A DNA stretch of 46,903 nt. It comes from Gammaproteobacteria bacterium (lineage in GTDB: Bacteria; Pseudomonadota; Gammaproteobacteria; Nitrosococcales; Methylophagaceae). The stretch lies in assembly GCA_023488305.1 (NCBI GenBank), contig JAMDEF010000020.1, forward strand, positions 1-46,903, read 5' to 3'. The notes under the pieces are model-generated. The model made no database searches and was not told the DNA's origin. It saw only the letters and a list, made by a program, of their open reading frames with translations. Shown piece by piece: positions 31,124 to 39,171 of the stretch (position 1 is its first letter; each line of letters begins with the position of its first letter). The position numbers were made by a program, and so were the translations under genes.

Positions 31124-32699
31124 TACTATTACTGGCATTACCATCAGACATTTCAGGATAATCCAGTGTGTAATGCAATCCTCGACTTTCCTTACGTTGC
31201 AATGCCGATTCAATAATCAATTCCGCCACATCCGCAAGATTACGTAGCTCCAGTAAATCGTTACTGATATGGTGCTGACTATAAAAGTCATTAATTTCTT
31301 GTTGCAATAAAAACAAGCGTTGACGGGCACGATTGAGTCGTTGAGTACTTCGCACTATGCCCACATAGTCCCACATAAATCGGCGTAATTCGTCCCAGTT
31401 ATGGCTAATCGCAACTGCCTCTTTAGCCGGATGTACGCGGCTATCATCCCAATGCGGAATATTTTCAGGTAGTTGTTTTTTCGGACGATTGGCAATATCT
31501 TTTGCCGCCGCATCGGCAAACACCAGACACTCCAGTAATGAGTTACTGGCCATCCTATTGGCACCATGCAAACCGGTATGGGCCGTTTCCCCCACAGCAT
31601 ATAGACCATCAATATCCGTTCTGCCATGCATATCGGTCATGACGCCACCGCAGGTGTAATGGGCTGCCGGCACCACCGGTATAGGTTCTTTTGCCATATC
31701 CACACCAAATTGCAGACAGCGCTTGTAGATGGTGGGGAAGTGAGAAGTAATAAATTCTTTGGGTTGATGACTGATATCCAGATATACACAGTCTTGACCC
31801 AGACGTTTCATTTCATGGTCAATTACTCTTGCCACAATGTCTCTCGGTGCCAGTTCAGCCTGCGGGTGAAATGCCGGCATAAATCGCGTGCCATCAGCCA
31901 GTTTTAACGTAGCGCCTTCACCACGTAAGGCTTCACTGATTAAAAAAGATTTGGCTTTTGGATGATAAAGACAAGTTGGATGGAACTGAATAAATTCCAT
32001 ATTGGCGATTCGGCAGCCTGCTCGCCAGCCCATAGCAATACCATCACCGGTGGAGACATCCGGATTGCTGGTATAGAGATAGACTTTTCCTGCCCCGCCA
32101 GTAGCCAGCACGGTAACCGGTGCCAGAAAGGTTTTTGGTTGATCGGCTTTAATATCCAGAACATAACAACCCAGACAGGTATTGTCTTCTGCAGCCAAAT
32201 GTTTGCGGGTAGTAATCAGATCAATGCCGATGTGATAGGGAAATAAAGAAATATTTGGATGTGCTTTGGCTTTATCCAACAATGTGGTTTCTACCGCACG
32301 ACCCGTTGCGTCCGCCGAGTGAATGACCCGGCGATGACTATGGCCACCTTCCTGAGTCAGATGATAAGACTCGGTGGTCATATCATCACGGGTAAAGGAA
32401 ACGCCTTGTTCAATTAGCCATTCAATACTTTCTCGCGCATGTTCAACGGTAAAACGTACGACGGCTTCGTCGCATAATCCGCCGCCGGCGCGCAAAGTAT
32501 CATCAATATGGGATTGCAAAGAATCGGCTTTATCGAGTACAACTGAGATGCCGCCTTGAGCATAAAGTGACGCCCCTTCCTCAAGCTGGCTTTTGGATAG
32601 AACGGCAACGCGGGCTTGGTCTGCCATCTTTAATGCCAAGGTTAAACCTGCCGTACCACTACCGATTATCAGCAGATCAAAATGATGAGTTGTCGTCAT
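31098..32699 (-). CDS. nadB: L-aspartate oxidase
   Basis: IIGSGTAGL, AQGGI, EGGHSHRR, QFHPT, PAAHYTCGG, GLHGANRMASNSLLE; divergent from rpoE. Confidence 0.96.
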   Translation of the reverse strand: MTTTHHFDLLIIGSGTAGLTLALKMADQARVAVLSKSQLEEGASLYAQGGISVVLDKADSLQSHIDDTLRAGGGLCDEAVVRFTVEHARESIEWLIEQGVSFTRDDMTTESYHLTQEGGHSHRRVIHSADATGRAVETTLLDKAKAHPNISLFPYHIGIDLITTRKHLAAEDNTCLGCYVLDIKADQPKTFLAPVTVLATGGAGKVYLYTSNPDVSTGDGIAMGWRAGCRIANMEFIQFHPTCLYHPKAKSFLISEALRGEGATLKLADGTRFMPAFHPQAELAPRDIVARVIDHEMKRLGQDCVYLDISHQPKEFITSHFPTIYKRCLQFGVDMAKEPIPVVPAAHYTCGGVMTDMHGRTDIDGLYAVGETAHTGLHGANRMASNSLLECLVFADAAAKDIANRPKKQLPENIPHWDDSRVHPAKEAVAISHNWDELRRFMWDYVGIVRSTQRLNRARQRLFLLQQEINDFYSQHHISNDLLELRNLADVAELIIESALQRKESRGLHYTLDYPEMSDGNASNSIIAGKTPI

Positions 32700-32746
32700 G
32701 GGTCCTGTTACAGGTAGAATGCCAACAATTATTGTGCACTGATTGT

Positions 32747-32774
32747 GGAACAAAAATAAATGACATTGGTCAAT
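32747..32774 (+). promoter_or_regulatory. Sigma-E autoregulatory promoter of rpoE
   Basis: GGAACAA-16 nt-TCAAT versus consensus GGAACTT-N16-TCAAA. Confidence 0.7.
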
Positions 32775-32827
32775 CAAGCATTAAACAGAAATCGTCTCCG
32801 GCTTGTCGGAGTAGGCCGGATAAAAAA

Positions 32828-33403
32828 ATGAACGTGGATCAGGAATTAGTTCAGCGGGTGCAGGCGGGCGATAAAAAAGCCTTTGATCTGCTGATAATGA
32901 AATATCAACAGCGAATCATACATGTGATAACCGGTTTCGTGCATGACCCAGTAGAAGCAATGGATGTTGCGCAAGAAGCCTTTATAAAGGCATATCGAGC
33001 ATTGCCGAACTTTCGTGGTGACAGTGCGTTCTACACGTGGCTGTATCGCATCGCTATTAATACATCAAAAAATCACCTTACTGCCAGTTCCCGTCGACCT
33101 CCGATGAGTGATGTCGATGCGATGGATGCAACAAATTATTACGATGCGCCAGAACTTAAGGAATTTGAGACCCCTGAAAACAGTCTCATGTGTGTGCAGT
33201 TAGAAGAAGCGATTCAGCAAGCAATAGAAGACTTGCCTGAAGAGACAGCCACCGCAATCAAATTGCGTGAATTTGAAGGCATGAGTTATGAAGAAATCGC
33301 AGAAGCGATGGATTGTCCGATTGGTACCGTCAGGTCGCGGATTTTTAGGGCACGGGAAGCTATCGATAAACAAGTTAAGTCAGTTATGGGTGAAGAGGAA
33401 TAA
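32828..33403 (+). CDS. rpoE: ECF sigma factor RpoE/AlgU
   Basis: DQELVQRVQAGDKKAFDLL, FRGDSAFYTWLYRIAIN, CPIGTVRSRIFRARE; start taken as ATG 32828. Confidence 0.97.
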   Translation: MNVDQELVQRVQAGDKKAFDLLIMKYQQRIIHVITGFVHDPVEAMDVAQEAFIKAYRALPNFRGDSAFYTWLYRIAINTSKNHLTASSRRPPMSDVDAMDATNYYDAPELKEFETPENSLMCVQLEEAIQQAIEDLPEETATAIKLREFEGMSYEEIAEAMDCPIGTVRSRIFRAREAIDKQVKSVMGEEE

Positions 33404-33408
33404 TAACA

Positions 33409-33978
33409 ATGGCAATTAATCATCTCGAATTAGTGTCTGCATTGGTTGATGGCCAGCTGACCGGTAGTGAACTTGAGCAAGCGTTGGAACTGATAGCCAA
33501 CGATAATACTGCGCGTGAAGCGTTTATGCGCTACCAGCAAGCTAGCGATATCTTGCATGGATACACCCGAAGCATCAATCTGAGTCCTTTAGATTTAACC
33601 TCAAGAATTTCTGCTGCGCTTAATGATGAGCCGGCTTATTCAATGGCAATCGAAAACAAATCCACTGCAAAAGTTATTCGCTTCCCGCAAAACTTCTGGA
33701 AACAGGCAACTGGCCTGGCGATGGCGGCTTCAATTGGTGCCCTTGCTGTAGTGGGTGTGGTTCAACAGCAATCTGCAACAAATAACATTCCGGTCGCTAG
33801 CGTCATTGCAAATGAAGCGCCAGCAACTATGGTTAGTCAGACGTCTAATCGTTGGACAGTCGCCGAGCCGGAAATTGAAGACAGACTCAATACTTATCTG
33901 GTTGATCACAACGAATATGTTGGTGCTTCAGGCATGTTCTCTTACGGGCGTGTCGTCTCTTACGGCACGGAGCGTTAA
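33409..33978 (+). CDS. rseA: Anti-sigma-E factor RseA/MucA
   Basis: VSALVDG N-terminus, single TM helix (GLAMAASI), RLNTYLVDHNE. Confidence 0.9.
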   Translation: MAINHLELVSALVDGQLTGSELEQALELIANDNTAREAFMRYQQASDILHGYTRSINLSPLDLTSRISAALNDEPAYSMAIENKSTAKVIRFPQNFWKQATGLAMAASIGALAVVGVVQQQSATNNIPVASVIANEAPATMVSQTSNRWTVAEPEIEDRLNTYLVDHNEYVGASGMFSYGRVVSYGTER

Positions 33979-33981
33979 AAA

Positions 33982-34962
33982 ATGCGCCAAGGATTTCGTT
34001 TTTGTGTTGCGCTGTTGGTGTTATTCATTCCGACAGTACAGGCAGAATCCGCTTCGATAGAATTACTCGAGCGAATGAGCCAAGCAGCCAAGCAACTCAA
34101 CTATGAAGGTGTTTTTGCCTACCAAAGTGGTAAAACATTCCAATCCGTACGTATTTACCATCGTAACGATGATGGTACCGAATCAGAACGACTTATTTCT
34201 TTAAATGGTGCTGCTCGGGAGGTCATTCGCTCGGACGACACCGTTACCTGTATCAACCCAGACGGCAAACAAATTAATGTGAGTCAACGTCCTCTAGGGC
34301 GAGGCTTTCCCAGTGATCTACCGCGCCGCTTAAGTTCGGCTACCGCTTTTTATGAATTGAAGCTGGGTGGAGAGGATCGTATTGCTGGCAGATTAACTCA
34401 AAGATTAGAGATTAAGCCGGTTGATAGTTATCGCTACGGTTATCGGCTGTGGATGGATAAAGAAACCGATTTACTACTTAAATCTGAATTGATTGACGAG
34501 CAAGGCGAAGTATTAGAAACCTTTGAGTTTACTGATATCCAGACCGGTGTCGATATTCCAGATGCCTCGCTGAAAGCGCAAATGTCCGGTAATGAAATGG
34601 TCTGGAATCGTACTGAACCAGGTGAAATGACCACACAGGATTTGGCGACATTTTCAAATTGGCAGACAAAATGGCTGCCTGAGGGCTTCTCGCTGGTGGC
34701 ACATCAAAATCGCTTACGCTCCAACAACGGCGCCCATGTCGAACAACGGGTCTACAGCGATGGGTTGAGTTCAGTGTCGGTGTTTATCGAAAAAATGCGC
34801 GCTCAACATAATCATTTCCATGGTGGCTCTCATATGGGAGCAGTTAATGCTTTCGGTAGCGTTATTCATGCACATTTTGTCACCGTGGTAGGTGAAGTCC
34901 CTGCAGTGACTGTGGAAAAGATAGGTGCGGCGATTGAATACGCTGGACCTGAGTCGAGATGA
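33982..34962 (+). CDS. rseB: Periplasmic sigma-E regulator RseB/MucB
   Basis: LNYEGVF, ERLISLNG, DSYRYGYRLW, WLPEGF, YSDGLSSVSVFIE, VVGEVP. Confidence 0.94.
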   Translation: MRQGFRFCVALLVLFIPTVQAESASIELLERMSQAAKQLNYEGVFAYQSGKTFQSVRIYHRNDDGTESERLISLNGAAREVIRSDDTVTCINPDGKQINVSQRPLGRGFPSDLPRRLSSATAFYELKLGGEDRIAGRLTQRLEIKPVDSYRYGYRLWMDKETDLLLKSELIDEQGEVLETFEFTDIQTGVDIPDASLKAQMSGNEMVWNRTEPGEMTTQDLATFSNWQTKWLPEGFSLVAHQNRLRSNNGAHVEQRVYSDGLSSVSVFIEKMRAQHNHFHGGSHMGAVNAFGSVIHAHFVTVVGEVPAVTVEKIGAAIEYAGPESR

Positions 34963-35381
34963 TCGAACAAAAAGCCAAAGTGATTCGTTCAGATGAATCA
35001 ACCATCTGGCTGCAGGCTGAACGCCAATCCACCTGTGATAAATGTCAGGTAAAAAAAGGCTGTGGTACCGGGCTGTTAAGTGAACATGTTGGACGACGGT
35101 TTTCAACTATTAGCGTACCTAAAAAACATCCGGTGCAGCCCGGCCAGCAAATGAACTGAAATATTCCCGAAGAGGCTTTGTTGCACGGCGCCTATATGAT
35201 GTATCTGCTACCGATATTGTTTATGTTTGCCGGAGCAGTATTCAGCCGATTTATGTTTGCCAATGAATTAGTGGAAATTATTGCTGGACTGGCTGGTCTG
35301 ATGTTTGGCTTTTATTGGGTGAAAAAACGACTTAAAAACCAGAAAATTGCCATCGAAACTCAATTAATAGAGGAAAAATAA
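34959..35381 (+). pseudogene. rseC: RseC/MucC interrupted by an in-frame TGA at 35157-35159
   Basis: ORFs 34959..35159 (CDKC...GCGTG) and 35178..35381 (YLLP, two TM helices) share a frame and read QQMN*NIPEEALLHGAY. Confidence 0.85.
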
Positions 35382-36811
35382 TGACGCAATCCAAAACAAC
35401 TGGCGCCATGATCATGGCATTGCTGATGTGGTTAATGTTGAGTTCAACCGCTCATGCACGTGGCGGTTTACCTGATTTTACAGAATTAGTGGCTGAAAAT
35501 GGCGAAGCTGTGGTCAATATCAGCACCAAAAGTAAACCAAGTGAAGCGATGGCTTCCTCGCCATTTCCGCCAGGTATGGAAATGCCAGAGGGTACGCCAT
35601 TTGATGATTTTTTCCGACGTTTTTTTGGTGACCCATCTCAGCCCCGTGCACCACAACCAAGTTCATTAGGTTCGGGTTTTGTGTTGTCGGCGGATGGTTT
35701 TATCTTAACTAATCACCACGTCATTAAAGACGCTGACGAAATTATCGTTCGGTTCAGTGATCGTACTGAACTAGTCGCTGAATTATTAGGCAGTGACGAG
35801 CGCAGTGACGTCGCTTTATTGAAAGTTGATGCTGAAGGCATGAATTTAAAAGCCGTTAAATTAGGCGACTCAAATGATCTGAAAGTTGGTGAATGGGTAC
35901 TTGCCATCGGTTCACCCTTTGGCTTTGATTATTCGGCTACTGCCGGGATTGTCAGTGCATTAGGTCGTAGTCTGCCAAGCGACAGTTATGTTCCCTTTAT
36001 TCAAACCGATGTTGCCATTAACCCAGGTAACTCAGGCGGTCCGTTATTTAATCTTGATGGTGAAGTAGTCGGTATCAACTCTCAAATTTACAGCCGTACT
36101 GGTGGTTTTATGGGCGTTTCATTTGCCATCCCGGTTGATGTGGTTATGGATGTGGTTGATCAAATCAAGTCACAAGGTTATGTCAGTCGTGGTTGGTTGG
36201 GCGTGGTGATTCAGGATGTAACCCGTGAATTGGCTGAATCATTTGGTCTTAGCAAACCTCGTGGTGCTTTGGTCTCGCGAGTAATTGCAGGAAGCCCTGC
36301 TGAGAAAGCCGGTTTTCAAGCAGGCGACGTTATTCTGAAATTTGATGATCGCACTGTCGATGCCTCATCAGATTTACCTCCAATTGTTGGTCGTACCGCA
36401 ATAGGTAAAAAATCTAAAGCGGAAATTATGCGTAATAACAAAATGATGACGCTTTCAGTCGTTGTTGAAGAATTACCCGAAGATGAGCAAATTGCCAGTG
36501 GTAGCGCGCCTCGGACCGGACAGTTCCATGATAGTCGACTGGCGATGGAAGTCACTGACTTATCAGCTGAACAACGTGCTGAGTTAGGACCAAATCAAAG
36601 TGGTGTAACTGTCAGAAAAATTGAGTCTGGTCCTGCAGCAGAAGCAGGTATTGCTCCGGGCGATGTGATTCTGAGCATTAATAACGAGAAGATTTTAGAT
36701 GCTAAACAGTTTATTGAGGTGGCCAAAAAACTGCCAACCAATAAAGCGATTCCAGTGTTGGTACAACGTTCTGGTGCTTCGCAATTTCTGGCTTTGAAAA
36801 TTCCGGAATAA
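35381..36811 (+). CDS. degP: DegP/DegQ (MucD-like) periplasmic serine endoprotease
   Basis: LGSGF, TNHHV, QTDVAINPGNSGGPL, two PDZ domains; end of the rpoE operon. Confidence 0.9.
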   Translation: MTQSKTTGAMIMALLMWLMLSSTAHARGGLPDFTELVAENGEAVVNISTKSKPSEAMASSPFPPGMEMPEGTPFDDFFRRFFGDPSQPRAPQPSSLGSGFVLSADGFILTNHHVIKDADEIIVRFSDRTELVAELLGSDERSDVALLKVDAEGMNLKAVKLGDSNDLKVGEWVLAIGSPFGFDYSATAGIVSALGRSLPSDSYVPFIQTDVAINPGNSGGPLFNLDGEVVGINSQIYSRTGGFMGVSFAIPVDVVMDVVDQIKSQGYVSRGWLGVVIQDVTRELAESFGLSKPRGALVSRVIAGSPAEKAGFQAGDVILKFDDRTVDASSDLPPIVGRTAIGKKSKAEIMRNNKMMTLSVVVEELPEDEQIASGSAPRTGQFHDSRLAMEVTDLSAEQRAELGPNQSGVTVRKIESGPAAEAGIAPGDVILSINNEKILDAKQFIEVAKKLPTNKAIPVLVQRSGASQFLALKIPE

Positions 36812-36864
36812 TATCTGGAGGAATAGATAGCTCAATAATGTAATAGTTATTGTTTGCTGGTTTG

Positions 36865-36902
36865 AAAAGCAGTTGATGGTCATTCATCAGCTGCTTTTTT
36901 TT
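36865..36902 (+). terminator. Terminator after degP
   Basis: AAAAGCAGTTGATG-GTCATT-CATCAGCTGCTTTT followed by a T run. Confidence 0.85.
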
Positions 36903-36959
36903 GTCTGTCAAAAGCGTTGAATAAAACAAAGTTTCTTATTTGGGCAATTTCGTTTTATC

Positions 36960-36979
36960 ATTAATGATAATTATTATCA
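36960..36979. promoter_or_regulatory. Fur box upstream of the two-component system
   Basis: Perfect 7-1-7 TGATAAT-T-ATTATCA at 36965-36979; 16/19 match to GATAATGATAATCATTATC. Confidence 0.88.
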
Positions 36980-37005
36980 TCTAGGCGTGAAGCATCACAT
37001 ATTCC

Positions 37006-37710
37006 ATGACCGATAAAAACAAACTTGCTATCAGCATTCTCATTATTGAAGACGATCCGGTATTAAATCATCAGTTAAAGCAGTTGCTTGAACAACAAAA
37101 CTTTACCGTTACCCAACGCTTTAATGGAGAAGAAGGTTTATTCACCGCGGTGAGCAGCCAGTTTGATCTGATTTTACTTGATGTCAGCTTACCTAAGCGT
37201 AACGGCTATTCTGTATTAAGCATTCTTCGCCAAAGTCGACAGACTCCGGTAATCATCTTGACGGCTCATGGTGCTGAAGAAGAACGGATTATGGGGTTTA
37301 AAAACGGAGCGGATGACTATCTGCCAAAACCCTTTAATTTCACAGAATTGGTGTTGCGTATTGAAGCAATTCTAAGAAGAGCCGGAATCATCGATCATTC
37401 GCAACAAGAAGATTCAGTTTTACAGCATGAAGGTCTGAAGCTGGATAGGAAAAAACAACGGGTCTATTTTCACGAGCATGTTGTGCAACTGACACCGATC
37501 CAGTTCAAATTACTTTGGACTTTGATGCAACATGCAAATCATCTATTAAGTAAACCGCAGTTATATCGATTAGTGATGGAACGCGATTTCAGTCGTTACG
37601 ATCGTAGCCTGGATATGCATATGAGCCGGGTCAGACGCAAATTAATGGATGTCGGTATGCCCGTCGATAGGCTGCAAACAGTTCACGGTACAGGCTATAT
37701 GTTGCTATGA
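37006..37710 (+). CDS. OmpR-family response regulator, PfeR/PirR-like
   Basis: Receiver (IEDD, LLDV, GADDYLPKPF) plus winged helix (DRSLDMHMSRVRRKL, TVHGTGY); Fur box upstream. Confidence 0.9.
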   Translation: MTDKNKLAISILIIEDDPVLNHQLKQLLEQQNFTVTQRFNGEEGLFTAVSSQFDLILLDVSLPKRNGYSVLSILRQSRQTPVIILTAHGAEEERIMGFKNGADDYLPKPFNFTELVLRIEAILRRAGIIDHSQQEDSVLQHEGLKLDRKKQRVYFHEHVVQLTPIQFKLLWTLMQHANHLLSKPQLYRLVMERDFSRYDRSLDMHMSRVRRKLMDVGMPVDRLQTVHGTGYMLL

Positions 37711-39056
37711 AACGGCGTTTATTCTGGAAATTATGTGCAACGATTACCATCGGCACAATTGCTTTGTTCTGGATAATTCATCATTTGATTCTGCGAACCG
37801 AGCAGCATATGAGTTTTATTGATAAGCAGTTTCAACAGCAGTTAATTGACTATGCCAGACATGCAGAAACATTGTATCTGGATGGTGAAGAAGAAAAACT
37901 GGCCGAATGGCTTACCACCATTCAGCTACAAGAAGATACTTGGGTCGCTCTAGTCAAATCGCAGCTAACGCTTCTGGCTGACAGTGAAATGGATGATTAT
38001 TTTATTGATACTTTCAGTCTGGGCAGGGATGTCAGTTGGAAAATTCATCTGTATTTTGCTCAAAATCCGATCATGGATATTATGTTTGCGGACCGGCATA
38101 CCCATTTTTTGATCCGCTTGCCACAACGTATGCGCCCAGGTGGTTATTGGACTTATGCCAGTTTGTTATTACAAATTGCCTTGCCTATGTTGCTGATGGC
38201 GATCTTGAGTGCAGTGATTTACCGGCACGTTATGTCACCCTTAAGACAGCTTGAAAAAGCCACCAAGCGATTCAGCGATGGTGATTTTGCAGTGCGAGTG
38301 CGGGAAGACTTGGGAAAGCGTAACGATGAAATTGCAGTTCTTGCTGGTACTTTCGATAGCATGGCTGAGAGAATCGGCGAGCAGATACAGACGCAGCGAC
38401 ACCTCACCTCGGATTTATCACATGAATTACGTACCCCATTAACGCGAGTTGAGTTAGCGCTTAGCATTGCTGAACAAAACACTCCTGAGAATGAATCTTT
38501 GCAACGGATCCGCTATGAATGTCAGCAGATGCGTGAATTAGTCGAGGATGCATTAACCCTTGCCTGGTTGGAAAACGAGCGACCCGCTTTACGCAATGAA
38601 TCATTGGATCTGACGGATTTGATAGACAGTATTGTGGAGAATGCTCGGTTTGAATTCCCCACCCATTTGATTACTGTGCAAACGCCCGAAACGGCTTGTC
38701 TGCAGCAAAGCAGTGATCGCGCATTAGGGCATGCCATTGAAAATATATTACGTAATGCGCTTTCGTATACCCCAGCTAATGGAGAGGTAAGCATAAGCTT
38801 GCATCAGCACCGGGACCGATATGAGTTACAAATTGATGATGAGGGACCGGGGGTACCCGAAGAACATTTACAGAATATTTTCAAACCATTTTTCCGTTTA
38901 CCTAGCTCCCATTCAAGCGAACAAAAAGGTTTTGGCGTTGGGCTGGTACTTGCCCGGCGGCAAGTCGAAGCGACAGGGGGAAAGTTATGGGCACAAATTA
39001 ATCAACTCGGTGGATTGAGAATGGTCATGCAATTGCCGCTAACAGATAAAAGCTAG
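37707..39056 (+). CDS. Sensor histidine kinase, PfeS/PirS-like
   Basis: LFWKL N-terminus, two TM helices, LPQRMRPG, HAMP, SHELRTPL, ENILRNA, GFGVGL; ATGA overlap with the regulator. Confidence 0.9.
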   Translation: MKRRLFWKLCATITIGTIALFWIIHHLILRTEQHMSFIDKQFQQQLIDYARHAETLYLDGEEEKLAEWLTTIQLQEDTWVALVKSQLTLLADSEMDDYFIDTFSLGRDVSWKIHLYFAQNPIMDIMFADRHTHFLIRLPQRMRPGGYWTYASLLLQIALPMLLMAILSAVIYRHVMSPLRQLEKATKRFSDGDFAVRVREDLGKRNDEIAVLAGTFDSMAERIGEQIQTQRHLTSDLSHELRTPLTRVELALSIAEQNTPENESLQRIRYECQQMRELVEDALTLAWLENERPALRNESLDLTDLIDSIVENARFEFPTHLITVQTPETACLQQSSDRALGHAIENILRNALSYTPANGEVSISLHQHRDRYELQIDDEGPGVPEEHLQNIFKPFFRLPSSHSSEQKGFGVGLVLARRQVEATGGKLWAQINQLGGLRMVMQLPLTDKS

Positions 39057-39073
39057 TTACCCACTTACCAGCT

Positions 39074-39091
39074 CAATTGTAACAATTGTAA
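39074..39091 (+). repeat. Perfect 9-bp tandem repeat upstream of the receptor promoter
   Basis: CAATTGTAA CAATTGTAA, about 30 nt upstream of TAGAAT (39121-39126). Confidence 0.8.
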
Positions 39092-39143
39092 ATTTGATTT
39101 TAATCTGGCTTCACTCTGACTAGAATGCGAATCTGTTCTATTT

Positions 39144-39162
39144 GATAATGATTATTATTCGC
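39144..39162. promoter_or_regulatory. Fur box upstream of the TonB-dependent receptor
   Basis: GATAATGATTATTATTCGC, 15/19 match to consensus. Confidence 0.8.
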
Positions 39163-39171
39163 GAGGTTGGA

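Noticed and set aside
32567-32827. 87-aa N-terminal extension of RpoE in the ORF track
   Set aside because: Overlaps the nadB start and the sigma-E promoter; homology begins at ATG 32828
35157-35159. Selenocysteine or programmed read-through at the rseC TGA
   Set aside because: Not a conserved Cys position and no obvious SECIS-like hairpin follows; nonsense mutation or sequencing error is simpler
39142-39171. Longer TTG/ATG start for the TonB-dependent receptor
   Set aside because: These codons lie within the Fur box; GTG 39172 has an SD and gives a normal signal peptide
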